Translations under genes and position numbers: made by a program
Shown: positions 18,413 to 28,177 of the stretch, piece by piece
Layout: every line of letters begins with the position of its first letter
How positions within the stretch are numbered: the stretch's first letter is position 1
Notes under the pieces: model-generated
What the model was told of the DNA's origin: nothing
Database searches by the model: none
The model's input: the letters and a program-made list of their open reading frames with translations, nothing else
From: Candidatus Saccharimonadota bacterium
Lineage (GTDB): Bacteria > Patescibacteriota > Saccharimonadia > Saccharimonadales > JACDBH01
DNA length: 40,820 nucleotides
Assembly (NCBI GenBank): GCA_028289135.1
Contig: JAQGGW010000001.1
Span: 142,018-182,837, forward strand
Direction: 5' to 3'

Positions 18413-18712
18413 TCACAATCCTTTAGATTTGAGTTCGGCACGCAGAATTTTAAACTGCGTATCAACCACTATTTTATAATCCGGATAAGCATCTTCGAGC
18501 CATTCGAGCGCCGCATCGCCGCCGTCTTTTTCTAATACTTCTTCAAACTCGTCCAGCTGGCTTTCGCTTAGGTCACGGGCAATCGCGTTGCCGACCCTTG
18601 TTTCAAGCTCACCTGTCAATTCTTCAATCTTATCCAGACGTTTTTTGGCGTCTGTAACTTTAAAGCCAACTTCGTCCAAAAATACTTCGTCAATCTGGTA
18701 TTTGTCGGCCAT
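18413..18712 (-). CDS. small protein paralogous to the N-terminal domain of 17337..18398
   Basis: MADKYQIDE...QLDEFEEVLEKDGGDAALEWLEDAYPDYKIVV. ATG 18712 lies 1 nt after the infB stop. Confidence 0.75.
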   Translation of the reverse strand: MADKYQIDEVFLDEVGFKVTDAKKRLDKIEELTGELETRVGNAIARDLSESQLDEFEEVLEKDGGDAALEWLEDAYPDYKIVVDTQFKILRAELKSKGL

Positions 18713-18713
18713 T

Positions 18714-20483
18714 CTAGAGGCTCCGGGTCTTAAGCTCACGCGTAAAGAATTCAATATGATCACCCTCGGCAATGTCGACGCGGGCTTTGCTGACAAACGT
18801 CATACCGCACATTTCGCCCTCTTGGACTTCTTTGGCTTCCACCGGTCCGCGCTTGAGCATGGTTACTTCAACTTCGGCAATCTCTTCTTTGTCGCGCATC
18901 ACACGTGCCAATGCTGGATATGTTAATTTGCCTTTGGTTACTTCACCGCCGCAAATGACTTCGGTTTTAGTAGTCTTAAATATGCCTTTTACAACCAGCC
19001 GTCCAAGCGGCGTTTCGATAACTTCTGGTGCCAACATACTGGTAAGTTCGGCTTTTACGTCGTCAATCAGCTCGTAGATAACTTTGTACATGCGCACGCT
19101 GACTTTGTCGCGGGAGGCAATTTGTTTTACGTTTGCTGGCAAAGTTACGTCAAAGCCGTAGATAATCGCTTTGGAGGTGTGGGCCATATGCATGTCGTTT
19201 TCGGTAATAGCGCCCACGCCGCTGCCGACAATCCGGACGGCAACTTCGGCGTTATCCAAAGTCTTAAGACTGTCGATAACAGAGGTCAAAGAACCCTGGA
19301 CATCAGCTTTTACGATAATATTTAACTCTTGGAGCTGGTTACTGCGGTTGATCAGGCGGATAAGTTCGTTACTGCTCATTTCGAGCGTGCCGGCACCGCT
19401 CTTGCGTGATGCGCCTTCGCCGCTGGCTGCTGCCCGGGCTTCTTTTTCGCTTTTTACTACTTCAAAGGCATCGCCAAATTCTGGCAATGCTTTAAAACCG
19501 GTAATTACAACAGGGGTGGAAGGCGTTGCTTCTTTTAATATGCCTCCTGTGGTGGATTCGAGGTTGCGCACCTTGGCGTAGGTTCCGCCGGCCACTACAA
19601 AGTCGCCGGGCTTTAATGTCCCCTGCTCGACCAATGCTTCGGCCACAGCACCGCGGCCGGTTTCCATGTGGGATTCAATAATAAGTCCAGTTGCTGGCGC
19701 TTTAAATACCGCCTTGAGCTCTTCTACATCTGCAATCAATAGCACCATGTCGAGTAGCTCTTTAAGCCCTTCGCCGGTCTTGGCAGAAACGCCTAAAATA
19801 ACCGTGTCGCCGCCCCACTCTTCTGGCATCAGTTCGGCTTCACTGAGCTGCTGCTTAATGCGGTTGATGTCACTGGCTGGCTTGTCGATTTTGGTAATGG
19901 CAACCAGCATCTTAACGCCAGCTTTGCGGGCAAAACGGATGGCTTCCAATGTTTGCGGCTTAATGCCGTCGTCTGCCGCCACCACAATGATTACAAGGTC
20001 TGTAAGCATAGCGCCGTGCTCACGAAGAGCCGCAAAGGCTTCATGTCCTGGGGTGTCCAAGAATGTGATGCCGCGGTCGCCGTGCATGATCTTGTAGGCG
20101 CTAATGTGCTGGGTAATTCCGCCGGCTTCGCCCTTGACCACGTTGGCGCTGCGGATTGCGTCCAGCAGGCTGGTTTTGCCATGGTCAACATGACCCATAA
20201 CTGCCACAACTGGCGGACGAGCCTCTGCGTTTGGATCGGTACTAACAAACTTTTGGCGCACCGGCGCTTCTTCAACAGCCGAGCTTTTTCTAACTAGCTC
20301 AATATCTTCCAGGCCTAGTTCGCCGGTAATGATCTGAGCGGTGTCAAAATCGATTTTTTCGTTAACCGTCGCCAAGATTCCATTCTTCATCAGAACAGTA
20401 ATGACTTGGGTTACGGGCAAACTAAGACGTTCGGCCAAAGCTCCAACCGTAATCATATCCTCAACTTCAATCATAGTTGCCAT
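18714..20483 (-). CDS. infB: translation initiation factor IF-2 (short form, 589 aa)
   Basis: [12 protein letters not shown] (G1), DTPGH (G3), TKID (G4), plus C-terminal beta-barrel regions. Confidence 0.95.
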   Translation of the reverse strand: MATMIEVEDMITVGALAERLSLPVTQVITVLMKNGILATVNEKIDFDTAQIITGELGLEDIELVRKSSAVEEAPVRQKFVSTDPNAEARPPVVAVMGHVDHGKTSLLDAIRSANVVKGEAGGITQHISAYKIMHGDRGITFLDTPGHEAFAALREHGAMLTDLVIIVVAADDGIKPQTLEAIRFARKAGVKMLVAITKIDKPASDINRIKQQLSEAELMPEEWGGDTVILGVSAKTGEGLKELLDMVLLIADVEELKAVFKAPATGLIIESHMETGRGAVAEALVEQGTLKPGDFVVAGGTYAKVRNLESTTGGILKEATPSTPVVITGFKALPEFGDAFEVVKSEKEARAAASGEGASRKSGAGTLEMSSNELIRLINRSNQLQELNIIVKADVQGSLTSVIDSLKTLDNAEVAVRIVGSGVGAITENDMHMAHTSKAIIYGFDVTLPANVKQIASRDKVSVRMYKVIYELIDDVKAELTSMLAPEVIETPLGRLVVKGIFKTTKTEVICGGEVTKGKLTYPALARVMRDKEEIAEVEVTMLKRGPVEAKEVQEGEMCGMTFVSKARVDIAEGDHIEFFTRELKTRSL

Positions 20484-20529
20484 TTTATGCCCCGACTTTC
20501 TGTACGAACTTACAACCGTAGAAAGGGTT

Positions 20530-20638
20530 CTTTACAATAGTGCAGTCTGTCTGAAAAGCGAGCACCGAAGCACAGGCGTACGGGATGGTACGTCGAGCAT
20601 CGGAGCGGAGCTTTTCGGGCAGAATGTGCATTGTAAAG
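20530..20638 (-). ncRNA. structured imperfect-palindrome element, copy 2 (related to 8644..8752)
   Basis: Outer arms are ctttacaa and ttgtaaag; an inner helix pairs ctgaaaagc with gcttttcgg; the apical hairpin is cgtac-gggatg-gtacg. On the minus strand a c-UUCG-g loop is possible. It lies between the rpsA stop and the infB start. Confidence 0.35.
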
Positions 20639-20650
20639 AAGCCTCCCAGA

Positions 20651-21712
20651 TTATTTCTTTAAACTTAAGGCAATTTTGCGGGCTTCAGTGTCAATATCAA
20701 GGATTTTGAATTCCTTTTTCTCATTGAGCTTAAAGATTTCAGTTGGGTCGGTTGCATCTGCTTCGCCGCCCATTTCAGAAACGTGTACCAAAGCTTCTAC
20801 AGCTGGTGAAAGCTGAACGAATGCACCAAACGGAGTAATACGGGTAATTTTACCTTCTACAACGTCGTCTTTCTTGAATGCTTTAACTTCGTTGATCCAT
20901 GGGTCATCGCTCATTTGCTTGAGGCTAAGGCTTAGGCGGTCTTTGTCGATAGCAATAATTTTTGCCTTAACATTCTCGCCGGTCTTAACGTAGTCACGTG
21001 GGTCTTCAACGCGTTCCCATGAAATCTCAGAGATGTGAATCAGGCCTTCGATGCCTTTTACGTTCACAAACGCGCCAAAGTCGATAACTCCAGTTACAAC
21101 ACCTTCAACTTCGTCACCAACCTTAAGTTCGGTGAGGCGGCTCTGCATGTCGTCCTTAACAGCTTCCTTTTCACTAAAGATAAGCTTGTTTTCTTTGCGG
21201 TTGGCATCCAAGATCCGGACACGGAGAGGGATGTTTACAAGAGCGTTAAGCTTCTGCAAGATCTCGTCCTTGTCGGCACCAGATACGCGTGGGTAGTGGT
21301 CGGCAGCAAGCTGGGATACTGGCAAGAAGCCGCGGATTCCATCAAGCTCAACCAACAAACCGCCGCGGTTGGCGTCATAGGCCATAACATCAATAATTTC
21401 CTGTTCATCAAACACGCGCTGGAGTTCGTCCCAACCGCGGTCTTTGGCTGCACGCTTCATACTGAGAAGTGCGTAACCTTCGTCGAGTTCAGGATCTACA
21501 ACGCTGACAGTAACGCTCGCGCCTTCTTCCAGAACCTGCCCGTGGGCAATCTCGCGGCGCATAATAACACCAACGCCTGATGCACCGAGGTCAATCCAGA
21601 CTTCGTGCTTCCGGACATTTGTAACGACACCTTCGACAACGTCTCCGGTTTTTAGCTGAGCAATCTCGCTTCCGGCGAGCAACTCATCCATGGTAATAGA
21701 ACTTTTAGACAT
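20651..21712 (-). CDS. rpsA: 30S ribosomal protein S1 (four S1 domains)
   Basis: Repeated GDVVEG/GDEVEG...V..I..FGAFV S1-domain motifs. I chose ATG 21712 behind AAGGAGG rather than the ORF-track start. Confidence 0.9.
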   Translation of the reverse strand: MSKSSITMDELLAGSEIAQLKTGDVVEGVVTNVRKHEVWIDLGASGVGVIMRREIAHGQVLEEGASVTVSVVDPELDEGYALLSMKRAAKDRGWDELQRVFDEQEIIDVMAYDANRGGLLVELDGIRGFLPVSQLAADHYPRVSGADKDEILQKLNALVNIPLRVRILDANRKENKLIFSEKEAVKDDMQSRLTELKVGDEVEGVVTGVIDFGAFVNVKGIEGLIHISEISWERVEDPRDYVKTGENVKAKIIAIDKDRLSLSLKQMSDDPWINEVKAFKKDDVVEGKITRITPFGAFVQLSPAVEALVHVSEMGGEADATDPTEIFKLNEKKEFKILDIDTEARKIALSLKK

Positions 21713-21778
21713 ATAAATATGCCTCCTTAATTTCTCCTGGCAACCCGTAGGCCGTAATTCCAATCAGACTTAAGAATA

Positions 21779-21807
21779 ATTATACTCTGTTACGCCTCTG
21801 TTCGCAA
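21779..21807 (-). promoter_or_regulatory. rpsA promoter (-35 TTGCGA, 17 nt, -10 TATAAT)
   Basis: On the + strand these read tcgcaa 21802..21807 and attata 21779..21784. Confidence 0.55.
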
Positions 21808-21837
21808 GACAGTCTTACCACGTCATATTTGATTAAT

Positions 21838-22431
21838 TTATTGGGCAGATTTTAATGTGGGGAAAACAAGTGGAATACGTTCAAAAGCCCTTCCACCCAA
21901 GCCATATCCCGTACTACGCTCAACACGTATGAGTCCTGAATTTGGAGCGTTATCGTTAGCACTAAGCTTTGTTCGAACACGGGTCGCGTGCACCTTGACA
22001 TTGTTGTCGCTAACATCATGCTTCCATACTTCCTCAATCAGTTCTTCGGTGCTACAAAGTTCGCCCATCTTTGCTGCGATATAGTACAAAAATGAAAACT
22101 CCATCTTAGTTAAAGCCCTTGGAATATCTTGTTCATTTATTTGGGTAAGTTGTTCCCTAGGATACAAGGAAAGCCCACATGGAAAAACTAATCCTGTTCG
22201 AGCATTATTATGCTCTTCATACATATACGGATCATCAACACCTAACATATTTAATAAGCCTTTACGCGTAGGTATGACTTCGCCGCCGATATCAACTCCT
22301 GGCACAAGAAATGACACTTGATGACCTGTCCTGTCGTCAAAAAAAGGTACTTCTGCATACCTTTTATCGAGTCTTTGCGTAACAAGCGCTGGATCCAGCC
22401 CTGGGCCCATACCAGTAATTATATCTGTCAT
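21838..22431 (-). CDS. OmpR/PhoB-type winged-helix DNA-binding protein with a non-receiver N-terminal domain
   Basis: The C-terminus LTKMEFSFLYYIAAKMGELCSTEELIEEVWKHDVSDNNVKVHATRVRTKL...LIRVERSTGYGL matches the OmpR effector-domain pattern. The N-terminal ~95 aa lacks the receiver DD...D...K pattern. Confidence 0.7.
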   Translation of the reverse strand: MTDIITGMGPGLDPALVTQRLDKRYAEVPFFDDRTGHQVSFLVPGVDIGGEVIPTRKGLLNMLGVDDPYMYEEHNNARTGLVFPCGLSLYPREQLTQINEQDIPRALTKMEFSFLYYIAAKMGELCSTEELIEEVWKHDVSDNNVKVHATRVRTKLSANDNAPNSGLIRVERSTGYGLGGRAFERIPLVFPTLKSAQ

Positions 22432-22495
22432 TAAAACTATAATATACTAATTCTCTTTATAATGCAACACTTCTGAGCTATGCTAAAATGAGCGT

Positions 22496-23323
22496 ATGTA
22501 CTTGGGGATTGATATTGGGGGAACCAAGACCTTGCTGGCAAGGTTTACAAAAGATGGCGTCCTCCAAGAGACATTGAAGTTCCCCACCCCCAAAGATTAT
22601 AAAGAATTCAAAAAAGAGCTGGCCAATAATGTTGCCAGAATTACAACAAAACCTTGGAGTATGGCGGCGGTTGCAGCACCCGGAATTATTGACCGCACAA
22701 CAGGGGCGGTGCCAAAACTAGGAAATCTAACCTGGAAAAACTCCCCTATTAAGGCTGACGTTGAATCAATAATCAACGCGACAGCCTTAATAGAAAACGA
22801 CGCCAAATTGGCAGGACTATCAGAAGCGCGGCTCATCAAACCCTTCCCCAAGCGCGCCTTATACGTCACCATCAGCACTGGTATTGGCCTTGCGCTTATC
22901 AAAAACGGTATGATTGAAACAGAGTATGGTGACAGCGGCGGCCAAGGCTTATTCTTTGAGCGCGAAGGCAAAACTGTCACGTGGGAATCATTTGCTAGCG
23001 GGAGTGCCATAGTAAGGCGTTTTAATAAGCGTGCCGATGAGATTACTGACCCGCACGTTTGGAAACTTATCAGCCATGATATTGCATTAGGTTTAATTGA
23101 TGAATACGCTGCCGAAGAAGCCGATATTATTATCATAGGCGGTGGTGTGGGCGCTCATTTTAACAGTTTTAAAAAACCCCTGCGTGAAGCCCTAAAAAAA
23201 TACGAATCAAACCTGATTAAAGTGCCAAAAGTGGTTGGCGCCAAAAACCCGGAGACCGCTGTGATCTATGGCTGCTACCAGCTTATGAAAGACGAAATCA
23301 AACGCCAGGCCAAAAAGACTTAA
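22496..23323 (+). CDS. ROK-family sugar kinase (glucokinase-like)
   Basis: MYLGIDIGGTKT N-terminus, ENDA motif and GGGV near the C-terminus. TAAAAT lies 6 nt before the ATG. Confidence 0.8.
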   Translation: MYLGIDIGGTKTLLARFTKDGVLQETLKFPTPKDYKEFKKELANNVARITTKPWSMAAVAAPGIIDRTTGAVPKLGNLTWKNSPIKADVESIINATALIENDAKLAGLSEARLIKPFPKRALYVTISTGIGLALIKNGMIETEYGDSGGQGLFFEREGKTVTWESFASGSAIVRRFNKRADEITDPHVWKLISHDIALGLIDEYAAEEADIIIIGGGVGAHFNSFKKPLREALKKYESNLIKVPKVVGAKNPETAVIYGCYQLMKDEIKRQAKKT

Positions 23324-23327
23324 CCCC

Positions 23328-23795
23328 ATGCTAGAGCTCCTTGACCGCCTAAAATCCGACTTTCCCCAGATCACATTTGTCCAAGGTGACAGCTTTTACT
23401 GGTCGCCAAAAAACCAAAGCGTAACCTACACACCAGGCTCCACCATGCCGGACGTTGCCAAATGGTCATTGCTGCACGAAGTGTCGCACGGCATCTTGGG
23501 TCACAAAAACTATTTTAGTGACTTTGAGCTAATGCAGCTGGAAGTCGCGGCCTGGCAGTATGCCCGCGGCCTTGCCAAAAAATACGACGTTAAGATTGAC
23601 CCGGAACACATCCAAGATTGCTTGGACACCTACCGCGACTGGCTGCACCTGCGCGCCACCTGCCCCACCTGCGGCACCGTTAGCGCCCAAAAAGACCCCA
23701 GCACCTACCAATGCTTCAACTGCCGCAGCGTCTGGAACGTCAGCAACTCCCGCTTCTGCCGCCCCTACCGCCGTAAAACTGTAAGAAATATTTAA
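23328..23795 (+). CDS. putative zinc metallopeptidase-like protein (HExxH) with a C-terminal zinc ribbon
   Basis: LLHEVSHGILGH, and CPTCG...CFNC. Confidence 0.55.
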   Translation: MLELLDRLKSDFPQITFVQGDSFYWSPKNQSVTYTPGSTMPDVAKWSLLHEVSHGILGHKNYFSDFELMQLEVAAWQYARGLAKKYDVKIDPEHIQDCLDTYRDWLHLRATCPTCGTVSAQKDPSTYQCFNCRSVWNVSNSRFCRPYRRKTVRNI

Positions 23796-23826
23796 TAAAC
23801 AAAAAGCCCAGGAAACTTATTTAATA

Positions 23827-24405
23827 TTAACCGATCCGCTTATAACCTTGTGCTGTCATGCCCTTAAGATCGGAAATTGTATTTTTAATGACTTCCAGAT
23901 GAATCTCATCCCTCTCTTCTGGCTGGGTGCTGCTAACCCCTACATTTGTATCGCTTAAAGTTATATTAACCGCGTGAAGAACCTCTTCTTCATCTTCTTC
24001 CATACCAGGCACAAGCTGGTAGAACAAGGACGTAGTAATAGCCGATGTTTCGCCAGCTAAGCTTGTGGTTTGTATTCTCATATATTCTGTTCGCTGCCCA
24101 TCTGGGCCTTCATAATCATCCCATTTTTCGGCTTTAATTAAGGCCGGCCTAAGCAAACTATATTTTTTCGCTTCATATGTGGCCTCGCCTTCAACAGCTT
24201 CTACCAATTCTTGACCCTCTGCGGTTTCAGCTGGCTCCATTAGATCGCTAGCCAAGAAATAAAGGTCGGCAGCAGCCAGTTCTAGAGGCGTAAAACCTTC
24301 ATGCGGCATATCAACTCCGCCATTATCAAGGTAGTCAAATGTTAAGCTGAGTGGTTTCCTTTCCGGATACTCGTGTAGGGATGTTTTGTTGGGATCTTGT
24401 GACAT
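23827..24405 (-). CDS. acidic hypothetical protein (192 aa)
   Basis: Long ORF. No motif recognised. Confidence 0.6.
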   Translation of the reverse strand: MSQDPNKTSLHEYPERKPLSLTFDYLDNGGVDMPHEGFTPLELAAADLYFLASDLMEPAETAEGQELVEAVEGEATYEAKKYSLLRPALIKAEKWDDYEGPDGQRTEYMRIQTTSLAGETSAITTSLFYQLVPGMEEDEEEVLHAVNITLSDTNVGVSSTQPEERDEIHLEVIKNTISDLKGMTAQGYKRIG

Positions 24406-24480
24406 GTTTGTTTTTAATTAATATACCTATTCTAGCATAAGCATATTGAAATGTCAATCAATTCAGATTATTTAGTAAAT

Positions 24481-24513
24481 AAAAAACCGCCTTCCCACCG
24501 ATGACGGTTTTTT
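24481..24513 (-). terminator. rho-independent terminator
   Basis: aaaaaaccgccttcccaccgatgacggtttttt. A near-identical copy lies at 24847..24876. Confidence 0.65.
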
Positions 24514-24533
24514 AATGCAAACAGCTGAATTTT

Positions 24534-24782
24534 TTAGGCGCCGATATCCTCAACGCTTACGTCTGTGCTAACTGAAGCGTTGTCAAACATAACCTGTAGC
24601 CACTGTCTATTGCCGGCATCAATTTCAGGCAATGCCTCATCTTCAATTTGCGCGAAATTGTCGCTCCTACTATAAGCTTGGCCTCCAAATTTTCTCCATT
24701 TTTCTTGCATGGCTGCTGTTGCGGCTTTAGTTTCTGCTTCTAAATCGGCTTCTGTCCTAAGATAAACAATATTCTCACTCAT
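24534..24782 (-). CDS. small hypothetical protein (82 aa from ATG 24782)
   Basis: TTGACA (24813..24818), 17 nt, TATAAT (24790..24795), then 7 nt to the ATG, so apparently leaderless. The ORF-track start 24818 would lie inside the promoter. Confidence 0.6.
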   Translation of the reverse strand: MSENIVYLRTEADLEAETKAATAAMQEKWRKFGGQAYSRSDNFAQIEDEALPEIDAGNRQWLQVMFDNASVSTDVSVEDIGA

Positions 24783-24846
24783 GAGAAGTATTATACTACT
24801 TGTTTTAATTTTTGTCAATACTTAGCACGCCGTATTTTTTACAAAT

Positions 24847-24876
24847 AAAAAACCGCCTTCCACCGAAGACGGTTTT
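24847..24876 (-). terminator. rho-independent terminator (paralog of 24481..24513)
   Basis: aaaaaaccgccttccaccgaagacggtttt lies downstream of the KGG-repeat gene. Confidence 0.6.
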
Positions 24877-24894
24877 AAATAAGAAAAGCTTAAA

Positions 24895-25092
24895 TTAAGC
24901 AGATTTCTTAGTTCGGCGTGACAAACGACCACCCTTAGCACCGGCAATGCGGGCTAATTCACGGTTGGCTGCAAAGCCACCAGTGTGACCTTTTTTACCA
25001 CCGATAGCACCGATTTTTGCGTAAAAATCAGAACCGTACTTGCTCTTGTTTGTTGAAGCAGCAGCTTTGCCGCCGGTTTTTGTTCCTGCCAT
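24895..25092 (-). CDS. KGG-repeat general stress protein (YciG/GsiB-like)
   Basis: 65 aa with GGKKGHTGGFA and GAKGG repeats, and GGGAG SD. Confidence 0.7.
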   Translation of the reverse strand: MAGTKTGGKAAASTNKSKYGSDFYAKIGAIGGKKGHTGGFAANRELARIAGAKGGRLSRRTKKSA

Positions 25093-25196
25093 ATTGTTTA
25101 GCTCCCTTATAGTGTTTAATCACCTCTCGCCAGAAAACAAAAAAGGCCCCCGTGCGTAAGCACGTTGACCCTCGTTGATTCCTATTGAATACGCTT

Positions 25197-25225
25197 ATGA
25201 TAGCACTACATTGCGCTCATGTCAA
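25197..25225 (-). promoter_or_regulatory. promoter of the KGG gene (-35 TTGACA, 17 nt, -10 TATCAT), leader of about 100 nt
   Basis: On the + strand these read tgtcaa 25220..25225 and atgata 25197..25202. Confidence 0.5.
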
Positions 25226-25309
25226 TAACTTATTTATTTATGCTTATGCCATCATCTTTCAACTTGCTTACCCTTGTGTAATATATGTTTTTAATGTATA
25301 ATATAAATA

Positions 25310-25624
25310 ATGAGTTACAACAATACCCCGCACGAATCTATGCCAAATAAACATGCTCACGACTTCGAGGATGTACTTTTAACGACCGGACTTGGTGCGG
25401 CATCTGGCAAGTTGGCTGGGCACTGGGCTGCGGATAAAGTCGACGGATTAATCGGTCTGACGATGAACGGAATGTCTGGAGAAGCAGTGCGCTATATGAG
25501 CGATGTATTAGTGAGCCGTTTTGGCACTTTAGTAGGTGCGCTGGGTGGCCTTGGCGCAGGTTTACTTTATATAACCCGCGACCGTGAGCCAGATACTCCC
25601 ACCAATAATCCGCCTCAGAAATAA
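25310..25624 (+). CDS. glycine-rich small membrane-associated hypothetical protein
   Basis: GALGGLGAGLLYI hydrophobic segment. TATAAT 25297..25302 lies 7 nt before the ATG. Confidence 0.55.
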   Translation: MSYNNTPHESMPNKHAHDFEDVLLTTGLGAASGKLAGHWAADKVDGLIGLTMNGMSGEAVRYMSDVLVSRFGTLVGALGGLGAGLLYITRDREPDTPTNNPPQK

Positions 25625-25739
25625 CCCTAGGCGCCTTAAGCATATCTTAGTGCTTACTATTGATTAGGCCGTCAACGTACTACTTCACACCTTATGACTT
25701 ATTGCCGAACCCTTTAAAAGGTTGCAAAATTGTGATAAT

Positions 25740-26210
25740 ATGGTGATTGTGAAAAACAGCCGTGCTTTTATACCAATTGCGATCTTTATTATCCTGCTTG
25801 GACTGATTTTTACGATGGTAGTTTTTAAGTCGCTTTTGAGCGTTAAAACGGACACTTCCACCACTGCCGGCACCAATGGCCAGACTCCACAAGCGGACGA
25901 CGTTAATATTTCCAGCGGCAGCATTTATTTCCAGGGAATTATTGCCAGCTTGCCGGATGTACCGCAAAAAACTGTGGTCAGTCCAAAACAAAACAGCGGC
26001 CTGAGTGTTTATTGGATCAAAGAAGATTCGGTCAACAGCAACGACACCTGCACCTTGTACGACAACACCACCAACCAAATCTATGCCACCCGCTACAAAA
26101 CCAACGGCCAGTTTAGCGGCCGCCCCACAGGTACGATGTACTACATCAACAAGACCATTGACCAGAAAAAAAGCCTGAACCTGCTCGACTCCGCCTGTTT
26201 TAAAGATTAG
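25740..26210 (+). CDS. secreted or membrane-anchored hypothetical protein
   Basis: From ATG 25740: MVIVKNSRAFIPIAIFIILLGLIFTMVVF, an N-terminal TM/signal anchor. Confidence 0.6.
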   Translation: MVIVKNSRAFIPIAIFIILLGLIFTMVVFKSLLSVKTDTSTTAGTNGQTPQADDVNISSGSIYFQGIIASLPDVPQKTVVSPKQNSGLSVYWIKEDSVNSNDTCTLYDNTTNQIYATRYKTNGQFSGRPTGTMYYINKTIDQKKSLNLLDSACFKD

Positions 26211-26288
26211 CCACAACAAGACCTAATTAAGATTCACCCCGCGTTTAAATACCCCCATAAGTTACACATTAAGCACGAGCGTGATATT

Positions 26289-28013
26289 ATGCTTATTAAG
26301 AGTAACCATGATACACGCATGATACGAAAACCTGAAGAACTGATTGAAAGCATCCGGGAAGCCGTCGACCACCGCGCGGTCCTTTATTCAAACTTGTTAT
26401 TTGCCTTTGTCGTTGCCATCCATACCGCCCTGGATCCGCATTCCCTTGGCTACCAAATTGTCTTAGCTTTTATAATTAGCGGCGCTCTGGCGCTAATGTT
26501 ACTCTTGCGTGTCTTTGACTTAACCACTGTAAACAAGCGGCCGTTAATATACATTATTTTCTACCAGATTTTCTGTTTTATTGGCATTGGCCTCATTTCC
26601 GACCCTGCTACTCCTTATGTTGTCGGAATGTTTTTAGTCGTATTAGTCTCTAATTTGTACTACGGCGCCAAGGGCGTTTGGATAACTGTAGCCTGTTTTG
26701 GCTTTACCACAATTGTAAAGTATTTTTACCTGTCATCCACCATGCATATCGACCTGTCCGCCAAGCTCAACATCATAGTCGCGTTCTTTGTGTTTACTGC
26801 GGTGTGCAGTGTCTATGTTAATTATCAAAAAGTCTTTGACTGGGACCGTGCCCGGCTTAAAGAAACAGAGGTCAAGCTGGTAAATTCCATAAACAGCCTG
26901 GAATTTGGCTTTATTATCACCAACAGCACCCCAGAAGTCACAACCATCAACGACACCTCCCACGAAATGCTCTGCGGCAGCGACAAACACACCCCTGCCA
27001 AGTGCCCGCTGATAACTTTGGACTTTTTGCAGGCCCAGTTTGGCGCCCCAACACTTCTGGACGATATTAAAAACAGCATGGCTTCCAAAAAACCGCACAA
27101 CATTAAAGAGCTTGAGTTCAAAAACCGCAACTGGCGCATATTTATTACCCCCATGATCGACGAACACAAAGTCAGCGGCTCCACGATTATTATCCAGGAT
27201 GTTACCGACGAATACTTGCTTAACCGCTCGCGGGACGAATTCTTTTCAATTGCATCGCACGAACTTCGCACCCCGCTAACGGCCATCCGCGGCAACTCGT
27301 CGATGATGCTAGACTACTACGCCGACAATATCAAAGACCCTGGCCTGCACGAAATGGTCGAAGACATCCACAGCTCCAGCGAGCGCCTGGTCACAATCGT
27401 CAGCGACTTCTTGGACGTTTCTAAGCTAGAAAGTGGCAATGTGGCCTATAAGTTTGAAACCCTGGCACTTAAGCCTTTAATCGAAAAAGCCTTGCATGAA
27501 CTCCAAGTAACCGCCAAAGAAAAAGACACAACCCTAAAACTTGGTGCTGGGTTTAAACCAGGCCACGAGCTGCCCGAAATCCTGGCAGATAAAGACCGCG
27601 TTACCCAAGTTGTTTATAATCTGCTTAGCAACGCTACCAAGTTTACCTCTGGCGGCACAATTACCGTCGACGCCGAAAAAGATGACAAAGATATGCTTAA
27701 GATTAGTATCACAGACACCGGCAGCGGCATTGATCCAAAGATGCAGCCATTGCTCTTCCGCAAGTTCCAGCAAGCCGGAAACAGCATTTTGGTTCGTGAC
27801 AGCCAAGGCACAGGATTGGGCCTATACATAACCAAGCTGCTAACCGAGGGCATGGGCGGCACGGTAAAGCTCGAGAGCTCCGAACCCGGCAAAGGCAGCA
27901 CCTTCACGTTTACCCTGCCAATAGCCACGCCTGCCCGCATTAATCACGCCACCAAGATCGCCCTGACAGAAACCAGCTCTGCGGACGGCCTAAACGTCCC
28001 CGTTACGGCCTAA
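26289..28013 (+). CDS. membrane sensor histidine kinase
   Basis: Multi-TM N-terminus, H-box FFSIASHELRTPLTAIRG, N-box NLLSNATKF, G1 DTGSGI, G2 GTGLGL. No adjacent response regulator. Confidence 0.88.
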   Translation: MLIKSNHDTRMIRKPEELIESIREAVDHRAVLYSNLLFAFVVAIHTALDPHSLGYQIVLAFIISGALALMLLLRVFDLTTVNKRPLIYIIFYQIFCFIGIGLISDPATPYVVGMFLVVLVSNLYYGAKGVWITVACFGFTTIVKYFYLSSTMHIDLSAKLNIIVAFFVFTAVCSVYVNYQKVFDWDRARLKETEVKLVNSINSLEFGFIITNSTPEVTTINDTSHEMLCGSDKHTPAKCPLITLDFLQAQFGAPTLLDDIKNSMASKKPHNIKELEFKNRNWRIFITPMIDEHKVSGSTIIIQDVTDEYLLNRSRDEFFSIASHELRTPLTAIRGNSSMMLDYYADNIKDPGLHEMVEDIHSSSERLVTIVSDFLDVSKLESGNVAYKFETLALKPLIEKALHELQVTAKEKDTTLKLGAGFKPGHELPEILADKDRVTQVVYNLLSNATKFTSGGTITVDAEKDDKDMLKISITDTGSGIDPKMQPLLFRKFQQAGNSILVRDSQGTGLGLYITKLLTEGMGGTVKLESSEPGKGSTFTFTLPIATPARINHATKIALTETSSADGLNVPVTA

Positions 28014-28177
28014 AGTGTTTCTGGCGCGATAAATGGCTGCGTAGCGCCAATGTCTTAGCTTGGCCAGCAGTTGTAGTTGGCGCTTGAGCGGCTGATGCTG
28101 CATCGCGCCCAGCATTTAATAATCTAACAGCTTCAATCCTTGTATATCCTCCCTGCAGCAACCGTTATAGGGCAAGT

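Noticed and set aside
25137-25172. Terminator or riboswitch-like attenuator in the ~100-nt leader of the KGG stress gene
   Set aside because: Only a 5-bp stem (CGTGC/GCACG) is present, separated from the T-run by GGGGCC. That is too weak to call, and no known small riboswitch core was recognised.
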